Source: a virus. From it: 64,000 bases of DNA. The translations under genes and the position numbers were made by a program. A model generated the notes under the pieces. That model ran no database searches. It saw only the letters and a program-made list of their open reading frames with translations, and was not told the DNA's origin. This document shows, in pieces, positions 38,237 through 47,169 of the stretch. Numbering within the stretch: the stretch's first letter is position 1; each line of letters opens with the position of its first letter. The DNA lies in IMG/VR virus record IMGVR_UViG_3300049855_000474, positions 32,001 through 96,000 of that record, one strand, 5' to 3'.

Positions 38237-40525
38237 TTATCCTCTAAGAGCCTTGCGAAGCCCTGAAGCTATACGCACAAATGCCTTTACAGATTTCTGT
38301 TTATCTAAGTACTCCAACAGCTTAGAATACAGCTCTTTCTTCATGTCAGATAAGCCATCAACGTACTTTTCTAGACGTTTGGGATCGGCATCAGACATGC
38401 GAGTATAATGATTGACCAATAGAGGGTAGTTATCAGCTTCAGGATGCTTTTTAATGTGGTCGAAAAGCATATTTTCGATTTTCTTACCATCTAAAAGATC
38501 CATATCAGCAACATTAACCAATTTTTGCATAGTAAGATAATCACCGACTTTAAACACGTAGTCTTGAACCTTCTCAACTGCCTTTTTATCTTTATACCAT
38601 TTACCCGCTGTCAGAGCGTTTACGACATAAGCAGGTTCCTCAAGCTCCATAAGACCCTCAAGACAGATCATAAATAGGTCTTCTACCGGAACATTTTTCT
38701 TATCAACTCGAGGAAACAGCTGGGACAAACGAACAATTTCCTGACTCGATACTGCGATGCTTGTATACCTCTCTACCAAAGAATGATAAGGAATACCTTC
38801 AATATCATGACCTACCATTTTACTGATAAATCCAGACAGAGGCATCAGGTCAGCATTCTCTAGGTAGAACTTGGAGATCTTTTTACGGTCTGTACCATCA
38901 AGGGTAGTCAGTTCGGACAGTACAGGCCACATACCAGCGGAGGAATCATCTTTAGCGCGAAGCAAAATAGCATCTTGAAAAAGCTGTAGAACTTCAGGCT
39001 TCTTATTGCGAGATTTAAGGAAGCCACCAACTATCTTAAATAGAAAGCCAGAGTCTGCCTCATCAACAATAGGATAAATCAGTTGCTTGTATTGCTTAGG
39101 TGTAAGTTCCAGTTTTGGATTTACAATTATGGCATACTTTATTCTGGAACCTTCAATGGTTAGGGCATTACCCAGCATGGAATCCAGGTCCAGAAGATCA
39201 CCGTACTCCGTATAGAATTGACCAAGAATACTCACCTTCTGGATTTTCTCGATTAGAGGCTGGAGCTGTTTAGCATATCTATCACCTAAATAATCAAGAG
39301 CATCGTAGGCATTATCAGGTGCTTCCTCATCCGTACAAGTGAGCAAAGCAGCCACGATATCAGAATTGGTAAAATAGTCATGAGCACGACGTCTAACAGA
39401 TAATACTATAATAGAGTTTTTAGAAGCTAATGCTTTGTTGTATAGCTTCTTAGATCCCTCCTCATTTATGCCATGAAGAGCACTGGCGACCTCGACAAGC
39501 ATAAGATCCTCAGCTTTTTCTCCAAAAGCTAAAAGCTCAGGAGAAATCAAGGTCATGTACTCATCACCTGCAAATTCCGCCAACATTTCCGAAACTACAG
39601 TTTCATCACCGTTCTTCAAGATATTCCGAGCTATATCTACATTGAAGCCATTACGTTGCATTTGCGTCATAAGAAAATGAGGGTCTGTATTGAGGTACTC
39701 AGTTATCTTTTCTTGGTATTCTGGAGTACGGGCTATTTCCCAGTTGGAAACAATACGAGCCCAATGCTTCAATTTCGGTTCTGAAAGAAACCAAGCTAAA
39801 ATATACTTCTGGTATTTAGCGACAGGTGGTTGATTTTCTTTACCATAAATCTGAGTTACGGTAAACTCCTGAGCTTCGATAGTCACGTGGGGCTGATTTT
39901 TAGAATCTCTTAAAGAGAAAATCTTGCTATGTCCAGAAGATACGTTATCACAATAAGTACCTACGCAGTGACCCATTAGGTTGCCCTCAACCTCCAGGTC
40001 ATCAGGATCCTCAATAGCCACTATCGTAAAGCCATCAGAAAGTTTACTAACAACTTTCTTGGTCTTATAACTACCTACGGGTCCGTCACCTTTAAGGTGC
40101 TCATGCCAGTGCTGTGATTCCTTGAATGCCTGGTCATACGACAACCTAGAAATATCAGTACCGGTACCACGAGCCCAATCCAGAACAAAAGGAAGATTAT
40201 AATGGGTATCACCCTGCTGCTTCATCAGCTGGTTAGCGAACCACTTAATCTCGTTTTTATCCATATCAAAAGGAACTTGACGTAGAGTATCAATAACTTT
40301 GCTAGGGAATACAGGACCGTCCAGCGCCATACGCTGAAGATTCTGAAAGAACTCCTTCTTGTCTTGCTCAGGAGTAGGCTTATGCTCCGCATTCAACTTA
40401 TCAAAATTGAGTTGCTGAAGATACTTAGCGGCATTGAAAGTAGCTACCTTGTAGGTTCCTAGACTCCTGCGCTGGGCGCGAGCTACCAATGTCAGCAATT
40501 TCCTAGCTAGTACAAGTTTTTTCAT
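38237..40525 (-). CDS. PcfJ-like domain protein with helical repeats
   Basis: DLEVEGNLMGHCVGTY...IFSLRDSKNQPHVTIE...QIYGKENQPP; N-terminal leader ending YKVA. Confidence 0.75.
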   Translation of the reverse strand: MKKLVLARKLLTLVARAQRRSLGTYKVATFNAAKYLQQLNFDKLNAEHKPTPEQDKKEFFQNLQRMALDGPVFPSKVIDTLRQVPFDMDKNEIKWFANQLMKQQGDTHYNLPFVLDWARGTGTDISRLSYDQAFKESQHWHEHLKGDGPVGSYKTKKVVSKLSDGFTIVAIEDPDDLEVEGNLMGHCVGTYCDNVSSGHSKIFSLRDSKNQPHVTIEAQEFTVTQIYGKENQPPVAKYQKYILAWFLSEPKLKHWARIVSNWEIARTPEYQEKITEYLNTDPHFLMTQMQRNGFNVDIARNILKNGDETVVSEMLAEFAGDEYMTLISPELLAFGEKAEDLMLVEVASALHGINEEGSKKLYNKALASKNSIIVLSVRRRAHDYFTNSDIVAALLTCTDEEAPDNAYDALDYLGDRYAKQLQPLIEKIQKVSILGQFYTEYGDLLDLDSMLGNALTIEGSRIKYAIIVNPKLELTPKQYKQLIYPIVDEADSGFLFKIVGGFLKSRNKKPEVLQLFQDAILLRAKDDSSAGMWPVLSELTTLDGTDRKKISKFYLENADLMPLSGFISKMVGHDIEGIPYHSLVERYTSIAVSSQEIVRLSQLFPRVDKKNVPVEDLFMICLEGLMELEEPAYVVNALTAGKWYKDKKAVEKVQDYVFKVGDYLTMQKLVNVADMDLLDGKKIENMLFDHIKKHPEADNYPLLVNHYTRMSDADPKRLEKYVDGLSDMKKELYSKLLEYLDKQKSVKAFVRIASGLRKALRG

Positions 40526-40854
40526 GAGCGCCTTCGAGTCCTATTCACAAGGTCAGAAAGTGCCTGCAGTTGCTTTTTCTGGTCCTCAGTGGTAGCAACG
40601 GGCATATTAGTAATATAAGTAACTTCTTGCTTGATTTCTGCTTCTCGTCCCTGCGCTTTACCAATCTCCAAAGCAGCCTGGATACGAACATCAGCCAAAC
40701 GCTTCTGCAATACTACAGCAGCTTTATCAATAGTCTCTTTTTGAATGTCCTTCTTCCGGAAGGCAAACCAAAGTAGAAGACCACCAAATACAGCAGCACC
40801 TACAATTAAGTACCACTTCTCTTTGAACCAAAGTTTTATTGCTGGGCTAATCAT
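40522..40854 (-). CDS. Membrane-anchored coiled-coil protein
   Basis: N-terminal TM helix YLIVGAAVFGGLLLWFAF. Confidence 0.6.
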   Translation of the reverse strand: MISPAIKLWFKEKWYLIVGAAVFGGLLLWFAFRKKDIQKETIDKAAVVLQKRLADVRIQAALEIGKAQGREAEIKQEVTYITNMPVATTEDQKKQLQALSDLVNRTRRRS

Positions 40855-41270
40855 ATAATTGTCGGTGGGTAGGTGGGGGTTATCAACATAGACTCCTCAT
40901 AGAGTCCCTCAAACCAAACATGAACTATTTCAGTGACTAAACCCTGATTAGTGACTTCAATGCTATGAAAGTCCAATATCCCATCCACAGCTATCGTCTC
41001 CAGAGTAACGGCAGTGCGGTCACCCAAAGCAGACAACACTTCATCATGCAATGTTGAGGTGTAGTTAGCGGACAACAGAGGATTAGCATTGGGTCCAACA
41101 GTAAAACGCCTCTTCACCACCACACGAACCGTAGAAACAGCAGCCGTGTTCAGGAAAAATAACTTAGGGAACAAGACATTCGGAACAGCCGCCACAGCCT
41201 CAAGAGAGAAAATAGTGGTGGCTCCAGCAGCAATACTGCAAGGAAAATGTTGCTTGACAGGCACTAACAT
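40851..41270 (-). CDS. Hypothetical beta-rich protein
   Basis: Overlaps neighbouring genes in the - strand operon. Confidence 0.5.
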   Translation of the reverse strand: MLVPVKQHFPCSIAAGATTIFSLEAVAAVPNVLFPKLFFLNTAAVSTVRVVVKRRFTVGPNANPLLSANYTSTLHDEVLSALGDRTAVTLETIAVDGILDFHSIEVTNQGLVTEIVHVWFEGLYEESMLITPTYPPTII

Positions 41271-41530
41271 ACAGTTCTCCTAAGACCCGAAGAGATTTCA
41301 CGTAACTTAGCGGATTTTGCCACGCTATGACTTTTACAATTATAAGGCTCAATACCTCGAGACTGACAAGCCCGCTCAAACATTTTGAATGCCCTGGACC
41401 ACTGGTCACTAATTTCACCAGAACTGAAAATCAAGTCAGCGTACCGACTCAATACATGAATCCAGATATGACTCGCCTGCTGATTCATACCAGAAGGGAA
41501 GTTGAATTTACCGGGAGAATTAAATCTCAT
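41264..41530 (-). CDS. Hypothetical protein
   Basis: ATGA-coupled; C-terminal helix KLREISSGLRRT resembles the leader motif. Confidence 0.5.
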   Translation of the reverse strand: MRFNSPGKFNFPSGMNQQASHIWIHVLSRYADLIFSSGEISDQWSRAFKMFERACQSRGIEPYNCKSHSVAKSAKLREISSGLRRTVC

Positions 41531-41916
41531 AACCCCTCATCCTTCCGCTTCTGACTACGGAAGTCATCCGATTTCAGGACATTGGAAGCCAAAGGAATCT
41601 CATCCTCACCATCAGTACGAATCGCGACAGTCCTAGAAAGTGCTGTAGTATCTACAAGAACGATATCTACCTTAAACTGTAGATTCTTGATCTTGGGTGG
41701 GTGCGAAAAAGTAAACTTGAAAGCACCATCCGAGTTGCCCATACGCTTATCGAAAGCCACAAGCTTAGTGATGGCAGTCCCCAAGAAAGTCACCGTAGCT
41801 GTACCCGAAGCAACAAGCTCCGGATGGAATACGTCGTCAATCTCGTCAAGGACATAAGCCTCGGCAAGGATCGTATCCCCATCAGGAATATACTCAGCGG
41901 TAATATCCAATATCAC
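41527..41916 (-). CDS. Hypothetical protein
   Basis: Translationally coupled ORF. Confidence 0.5.
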   Translation of the reverse strand: MILDITAEYIPDGDTILAEAYVLDEIDDVFHPELVASGTATVTFLGTAITKLVAFDKRMGNSDGAFKFTFSHPPKIKNLQFKVDIVLVDTTALSRTVAIRTDGEDEIPLASNVLKSDDFRSQKRKDEGL

Positions 41917-42350
41917 TTAGATGGCTTCTTCCTGAATAGTTTATCGACATTGTCCTCTTCCCATCGAAGAGACTTTGTGAAGTACTTGTACTTAGCTTCT
42001 TCTTGCTTGAATGTCTCTGTGTGAAGTATTACTTTATGAGGCTCCCCTACAGGATGCTCCCATGGTACAACCGAGTGAAGCATTTCATGGAATAAGATGT
42101 ATTTTACAAAATAACGAGGAACTGTTTTACAGTCCAAAACAGGACTAATCACTATCAAGTTAGGACCAGAATAATAAGCACCCATTCGGATATTAGAGGA
42201 ACCTGCACGAGGCCACCGACCCCAACTAACTGTAAGCCCCAAATCCTTATGATCGAAATACTCTTCTTGTAAATCTTCCATATACTCTGCAAGGTCATGA
42301 CACTTCCCATACTGGGAACGTCTCATTAAAGGCAAGGAAATTAGCATCAA
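41913..42350 (-). CDS. SprT/YgjP(DUF45)-like zinc metallopeptidase
   Basis: RMGAY...ISPVLD...VPRYFVKYILFHEMLH...H...F. Confidence 0.78.
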   Translation of the reverse strand: MMLISLPLMRRSQYGKCHDLAEYMEDLQEEYFDHKDLGLTVSWGRWPRAGSSNIRMGAYYSGPNLIVISPVLDCKTVPRYFVKYILFHEMLHSVVPWEHPVGEPHKVILHTETFKQEEAKYKYFTKSLRWEEDNVDKLFRKKPSK

Positions 42351-42376
42351 AACCCCAGGAATACAGGATATAAGTA

Positions 42377-42979
42377 TTAAATTTTTGCGGCTAACCTCTG
42401 TTTACGAGCAGCTGTCGCATCCGCTCTAAGATTGATGGGCATCATAGGACGCTGAAGAAACCCATTAGCATTCAGAAATTTAGTACCCTCAGCAAGGTCT
42501 GCGGGATCCCAGCAGTGAGAAACTGCCAGACTCAAATATTCATGAGCAACTTTGTACTTGACATACATCTCAGCCATCTGCTCGATGACCTTTTGGTCAC
42601 GAATAGCTAGTTGTTTCATTCTAGACAAAAAGTCCTCAAGATACTGAGGAGGGAGAGCCTTCTCCAATAGAAGGTACCAAGCATTATCCTCAGCAACAAT
42701 CTGCCAAAGCTTCTCCTTAGGAGCATACTGAACCACAGCTTTCTGCTGCTCCAAATGAAGCGTAGGTATTTCCTCTGGCTGGGCATTCGGATCGGGCTTA
42801 TTAGAGTCAGGAACATTAGGTTCCGCGTACTCCACAGTCGAGGCAGGCTCTGAACTATTGATCACCTTCTCAATCAGACTCTTTAATAGCCCAACTTCCT
42901 CCGGTGTAAACAAGGAGCCCAGTAATACACTTTTCTGATTTTCCATTTGTAGTACTTGTTCTCCCAAGAAATTACCCAA
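42377..42979 (-). CDS. Hypothetical protein
   Basis: 200-aa ORF, co-oriented. Confidence 0.55.
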   Translation of the reverse strand: MGNFLGEQVLQMENQKSVLLGSLFTPEEVGLLKSLIEKVINSSEPASTVEYAEPNVPDSNKPDPNAQPEEIPTLHLEQQKAVVQYAPKEKLWQIVAEDNAWYLLLEKALPPQYLEDFLSRMKQLAIRDQKVIEQMAEMYVKYKVAHEYLSLAVSHCWDPADLAEGTKFLNANGFLQRPMMPINLRADATAARKQRLAAKI

Positions 42980-43003
42980 CTACCTAAATAGACAACGCAG
43001 AAA

Positions 43004-44542
43004 TCATACCGATTTAAGCCACTCACGCAGTTTAGTGGCTGCATCTAAACTGTAGTTACGTTCCATGAAAGGAACTGCCTTATTACTAACTGGCATTTCA
43101 GCAGGATGAGACTGCGTCTGAGGACCCCTACGACGAGGAGTAGCATGAGAATCATTTCCATCATTGTAAGGAACAGAAGGAACACCCGCCTCTACCCCAC
43201 CACCAGCATCACCACCGTCACCACCGTCACCACCGTCACCACCGGCATCACCACCGGCATCACCACCGGCATCACCACCGTCACCACCAGCGTCAGGTGC
43301 TTCATCAGTATCCCGACCATTGTCATCAGTGAGTAGATTCAAAACCTTATCGGTCGCATGATCCAAATGCTCAGGCAACACGTAAACCCCAAGCTGGGAC
43401 CGGAGCTTAGTAATGAACTTACCTACAGACTTATCCTGCTTTTTCTTCTTTTTCTTCGCCACAATAGCCCCCGCTAAACGCTCCACAGTCTCAGCCCCTC
43501 GACTGTACCCAAGCGCTTCCAATCTACTAGAAATGCTATCCGCCAAATCTTCCAAGCTCCGGTCAGTCAAAACAGAAGCCTCTAGTTGCTGACCTGGCTT
43601 GATACACGTAGGCTCACCATGTAGATCGCGCGTAAACGACAAGGGATAACCAAATTTCTTGGTTCCTTTAAAGGACAACGAGACATCCTTCACCAACCAA
43701 GCAATAGGCTTGATCACAGGAAGAGGCTCATCCTTATCCACATACTGCACAGTCAAATGAGGAACAAAGCTAGGAAACGACTCCGTATCCACTAAGTCAG
43801 GATCCAACGATTGCAAACAAGAAACCAATTGATCCCGAAACTTAACAAGCATCGGAGCCTGTATCCGAGCAAAATGAGGAACCTTAGCCTTGTCAGAAGG
43901 AAAAGAACCAGAACCAGAAATAGTCACATGGAAAGGTGCCCAAGTAGAACACAACTCTTGTACAACAGCCTGAACATCCTCAAGCTGATTCTTCTTCAGA
44001 GTCAGGGAACAAAGAGTAATATGCGGTGGATCCTCAAGGTCCTTCGCCCCAGGTACCCGACCACAAACCTGAGCCCAGATATTCTCAGGTACTAGAACCT
44101 CTACGATACTCGACTCATGAGCCTTCGCATCAACCACTAGAGAAGCCTGAGTAATACTAGCTGACCGAATGCTAGTAACTACCATAATAAACTTGTGATT
44201 CAAAGCATCAGCAGCATCAGCCCCAGCAACCAACTTAGTCGTATCTGCCAAAACCCCTAAAAATTCCTCTCTACCAACCTTGAAACGCATCGCATTGTTA
44301 ATAGAAGAACGAAGTGAATTGTAGATTTTTAGAAACTCGTTAGAGTCCTCGTACCGCCAAAGGAACTCCAAACTAAGCTCATCATCCGACTTATCACCAG
44401 TTGCACTCGCACGCAAAAAAGTGATAGGATGAGAAGAGCCATTTAACGACAACTCCACATCCATCCCGTTGTATTTGCCCAAAGCATGGACAGCGACCTG
44501 GGGATTTGTAATGCTTTGCTCAGCCGTGACTACTCTAAACAT
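43004..44542 (-). CDS. 2H phosphoesterase (LigT/Acb1-like) domain embedded in a leader-bearing head-type protein
   Basis: Two HxT motifs (PPHITL, VPHLTV) about 88 aa apart; N-terminus MFRVVTA; internal helical motif copy; GGD(A) repeats. Confidence 0.8.
   Translation of the reverse strand: MFRVVTAEQSITNPQVAVHALGKYNGMDVELSLNGSSHPITFLRASATGDKSDDELSLEFLWRYEDSNEFLKIYNSLRSSINNAMRFKVGREEFLGVLADTTKLVAGADAADALNHKFIMVVTSIRSASITQASLVVDAKAHESSIVEVLVPENIWAQVCGRVPGAKDLEDPPHITLCSLTLKKNQLEDVQAVVQELCSTWAPFHVTISGSGSFPSDKAKVPHFARIQAPMLVKFRDQLVSCLQSLDPDLVDTESFPSFVPHLTVQYVDKDEPLPVIKPIAWLVKDVSLSFKGTKKFGYPLSFTRDLHGEPTCIKPGQQLEASVLTDRSLEDLADSISSRLEALGYSRGAETVERLAGAIVAKKKKKKQDKSVGKFITKLRSQLGVYVLPEHLDHATDKVLNLLTDDNGRDTDEAPDAGGDGGDAGGDAGGDAGGDGGDGGDGGDAGGGVEAGVPSVPYNDGNDSHATPRRRGPQTQSHPAEMPVSNKAVPFMERNYSLDAATKLREWLKSV
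43199..43294 (-). repeat. Coding GGD/GGDA repeat (9-nt and 12-nt units)
   Basis: caccaccgt and caccaccggcat units. Confidence 0.85.
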
Positions 44543-44544
44543 AA

Positions 44545-44814
44545 TTAAATCTTCCTATCCATCTCGCGAAGTAAGCGACGACAAATTGCATCCCATTGAG
44601 GATCCTCTAAAACTTTCTCAATAGCCTCTCTAAGCTCAAGCTCTGCACTAGAGTTCTTTACAGGTACAGGAGAAAATTCAGGATAAGCCGGTCGAGCTAT
44701 AGACCCCCAAGGATGAGGTCCATTATAACCCTGAGCCATGTAATATAAAGTTCGCACTAACTCAGACTTAAACTTAACCCTGGCTCTCTCCGTAGTTAGA
44801 GAGTTTCGACTCAC
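44545..44814 (-). CDS. Hypothetical protein
   Basis: GTGA-coupled ORF. Confidence 0.5.
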   Translation of the reverse strand: MSRNSLTTERARVKFKSELVRTLYYMAQGYNGPHPWGSIARPAYPEFSPVPVKNSSAELELREAIEKVLEDPQWDAICRRLLREMDRKI

Positions 44815-45386
44815 TTACTAGCCTCAATATGTGCCTTAAGCTGCTCGGAAAAAGAAGCTGTTTTAACCGCTGCTTCACGTGCAGCTATACGAGCCTTCCG
44901 TGCCTCACCAGCAGCAGAAACCTTAGCCAACTTCTGTCCGCCAACGTACTTTCGAAGCATCTTAGCCATGAAAGAAACAACGGACTTCACATCCTTAGCG
45001 CTAATAGCCCCTGCATTAGCCATCGACTTAGCCATCTGAGCCAAAGGATTCACCACCTCAAAAGGCACAAGCCCACCCTTCAAGAACTCAGCAAAAGCAG
45101 CCACATCCTCTTTCTTAGCCACAGGCAATTCATCAGTCGCAGGAAGAGGGGGATGAACTTTGTCCTTAGGCTTATCAAGAACACGCTGATTCTGATGGAG
45201 AGCGCCAGTATCATCCTTCTCCTGAAGATCATTCAAAGTTTTCTCTTGCTCTTTACGAAAAAACTTCTTCCAGAAAGGCGATTCCGCCTGCGGCTTCTGC
45301 TGTTCCAGAGCTAGACGCGTCATACCCGCCGTACGGTCCAATACCGCAGCAACCGTCAATAGGCGCTTTTGCACATCTTTTCGCAT
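44811..45386 (-). CDS. Putative internal head protein (MRKDVQKR leader family)
   Basis: Start ATG at 45386: MRKDVQKRLLTVAAVLDRTA; near the C-terminus VKTASF. Confidence 0.6.
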   Translation of the reverse strand: MRKDVQKRLLTVAAVLDRTAGMTRLALEQQKPQAESPFWKKFFRKEQEKTLNDLQEKDDTGALHQNQRVLDKPKDKVHPPLPATDELPVAKKEDVAAFAEFLKGGLVPFEVVNPLAQMAKSMANAGAISAKDVKSVVSFMAKMLRKYVGGQKLAKVSAAGEARKARIAAREAAVKTASFSEQLKAHIEASK

Positions 45387-45537
45387 TGTTACAATCCCCA
45401 AGGTTAGTAGAATGGCTTGAACCGCTAATTAAACGCGGAAAGCACTGTCCCTACCAAATAACCAGGGTTGTAGGTATGCTCGGAACTTAGGGAGATAGCT
45501 AGGAAATCAGAGTTCTCACCACAGGAAAGTATGTCAA

Positions 45538-46578
45538 TCAAACCACAAAATCCAACTGCTTTTGAAGCTCAGAAAAGGAACCAAAAATCTGCTTCTTAAT
45601 AGACTTACCCAAGATGTAGATAGATGTAGGTACATTCCAGTCCTGCTGGATAGCGGGAAGTACCTTATCGTTCCAACGCTCCCAAGCCTTAGGATGTCCC
45701 TTAACTTCAATAATACAATCATATTCCGGCAAGTAGAAATCTGGGAGATAAAGGATTCCACCAAATTCATACGGAACTTCCATAAGGTAGTCAATCCCAA
45801 GACTAATTAAGACATTGGCTAAGTCAGCCTCCCAAGAACTGCGGAACATTTGAATTGATCCATCCACCATTACAAAGTCCCTGACAGGGATTCCTAACGC
45901 TGCCTTTACACGCGCAATTTTAACATCAAGCGGCATATTAGCCCAATCGTCCTGAACACTTGAAGCAATCTTAGAATTGATTTCGTGGCGATAGGGAGCT
46001 TTTGTAGCCACTGCCTTGGCACGAGCTTCTGGAGAATTGCAATTTACGAAGTTATCCATATTCTTCAACTTGGACTCTTCACTGCGAGTATCCCAAGCTT
46101 GTTTGGCTAGATCGATGTACTTCTCGGGATTACTATTCCTGGTTTCAGAGATCTTTCTTCCATGATCCGGGTTATTCCGTATCTTAGCTCCAATTAGCTC
46201 ACCCCGACGCCTCTTCTGTTCCGACGTTTCCGCAGCCCGGATGGCCTTCATCTTATTAGATTGAGCTTTTCTCTTCTCCTCAGTATAAGAAGCTTTGGTT
46301 TTTGCAGCTATTTTCGCTTTTTGCTCAAGAGTCTGATTTGCACATCGGATTTTATTTACTGCACTAATTTTAGTATCAGAATCGTTTTTAGCTCTAGTTT
46401 CCAGAATAACCTCAATAACTTTTTGTTTTTGTTCAGTACTACGAGCTGCATGCATCGCCTTACTATTTTCACTAATCTTCTTACGGGTTTCCTCTGATAC
46501 CTTAGTTTTTCTATTCAAAGCAGCTAACCGCTGACGCTCTTTTGTCTCTTCGCTGACTACCTGACCTTTTCTCGGCAT
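45538..46578 (-). CDS. Free-standing endonuclease: NUMOD3-like repeats plus PD-(D/E)xK nuclease
   Basis: SEETKERQR and SEETRKKISE repeats; C-terminal FRSSWEA...YLPDFYLPEYDCIIEVKG. Confidence 0.85.
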   Translation of the reverse strand: MPRKGQVVSEETKERQRLAALNRKTKVSEETRKKISENSKAMHAARSTEQKQKVIEVILETRAKNDSDTKISAVNKIRCANQTLEQKAKIAAKTKASYTEEKRKAQSNKMKAIRAAETSEQKRRRGELIGAKIRNNPDHGRKISETRNSNPEKYIDLAKQAWDTRSEESKLKNMDNFVNCNSPEARAKAVATKAPYRHEINSKIASSVQDDWANMPLDVKIARVKAALGIPVRDFVMVDGSIQMFRSSWEADLANVLISLGIDYLMEVPYEFGGILYLPDFYLPEYDCIIEVKGHPKAWERWNDKVLPAIQQDWNVPTSIYILGKSIKKQIFGSFSELQKQLDFVV

Positions 46579-46586
46579 AAACTAAT

Positions 46587-46656
46587 ACTCTGTAATGTGG
46601 GTTAAAGAGGAAAACCTCATTACTCGACAAGGTAACGAGGCTCTATCTTTTGTCAA
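46587..46656 (-). promoter_or_regulatory. Sigma70-like promoter with overlapping inverted repeat (copy 1)
   Basis: TTGACA-16nt-TACCTT; CCTCGTTAC...GTAATGAGG overlaps the -10 box. Confidence 0.7.
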
Positions 46657-46676
46657 GCTAATTGAAAGCACTGAAG

Positions 46677-47054
46677 TCACTTTTGCTGCTTTAGGTCCAA
46701 AGAAACTTCCCTTGCACGAATTGCTCGCACAGACTCCGCCTGTTCCTGCCTCTTCTCCTCAGTATAAATAGCCTTCAGCTTAGCAGTCCGTTGATTCCTC
46801 TGTTCCTCGGTTTCTTCCGCTCTAGCCTTCCTTTGACTTTCACTAAGCTTCGCATCAGTTCCATTTTTAGCTCTAGTTTCAAGTTTTGCTTCTTTAACTT
46901 TCTGTTTTTGTTCTGAACTGCGTGCGGCGTGCTGTGCTTTACTTTTCTCGCTAAGCTTCCTGCGCGTTTCTTCTGACATAGGCTTCCTAGTCAGGGCAGC
47001 TAATCGTTGTCGCTCTTTCGTTTCTGCACTAACCGTTTCACCTTTTTTTGACAT
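46677..47054 (-). CDS. NUMOD3-like DNA-binding protein lacking a nuclease domain (paralog of the N-terminus of 45538..46578)
   Basis: Aligns residue by residue (ETKERQRLAAL, SEETR.K.SE.SKA.HAARS.EQKQKV, LETRAKN, YTEEKR). Confidence 0.8.
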   Translation of the reverse strand: MSKKGETVSAETKERQRLAALTRKPMSEETRRKLSEKSKAQHAARSSEQKQKVKEAKLETRAKNGTDAKLSESQRKARAEETEEQRNQRTAKLKAIYTEEKRQEQAESVRAIRAREVSLDLKQQK

Positions 47055-47060
47055 AAATAA

Positions 47061-47131
47061 ACTCCGTAATGTTGGTTAAAAGAGGAAAACCTCGTTACCA
47101 ACACAGTAACGAGGCTCCATATATTTGTCAA
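47061..47131 (-). promoter_or_regulatory. Sigma70-like promoter with overlapping inverted repeat (copy 2)
   Basis: TTGACA-17nt-TACTGT; perfect CCTCGTTAC-7nt-GTAACGAGG. Confidence 0.75.
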
Positions 47132-47169
47132 CTGCTTTGAAGCAGAAACCTTCTTTACAAGTTTACAGC

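Noticed and set aside
41913-42350. Host assignment to Myxococcota/deltaproteobacteria from the SprT-like, PhoH and VanW genes
   Set aside because: This is only an impression from remembered family members and cannot be supported without phylogeny or spacer matches
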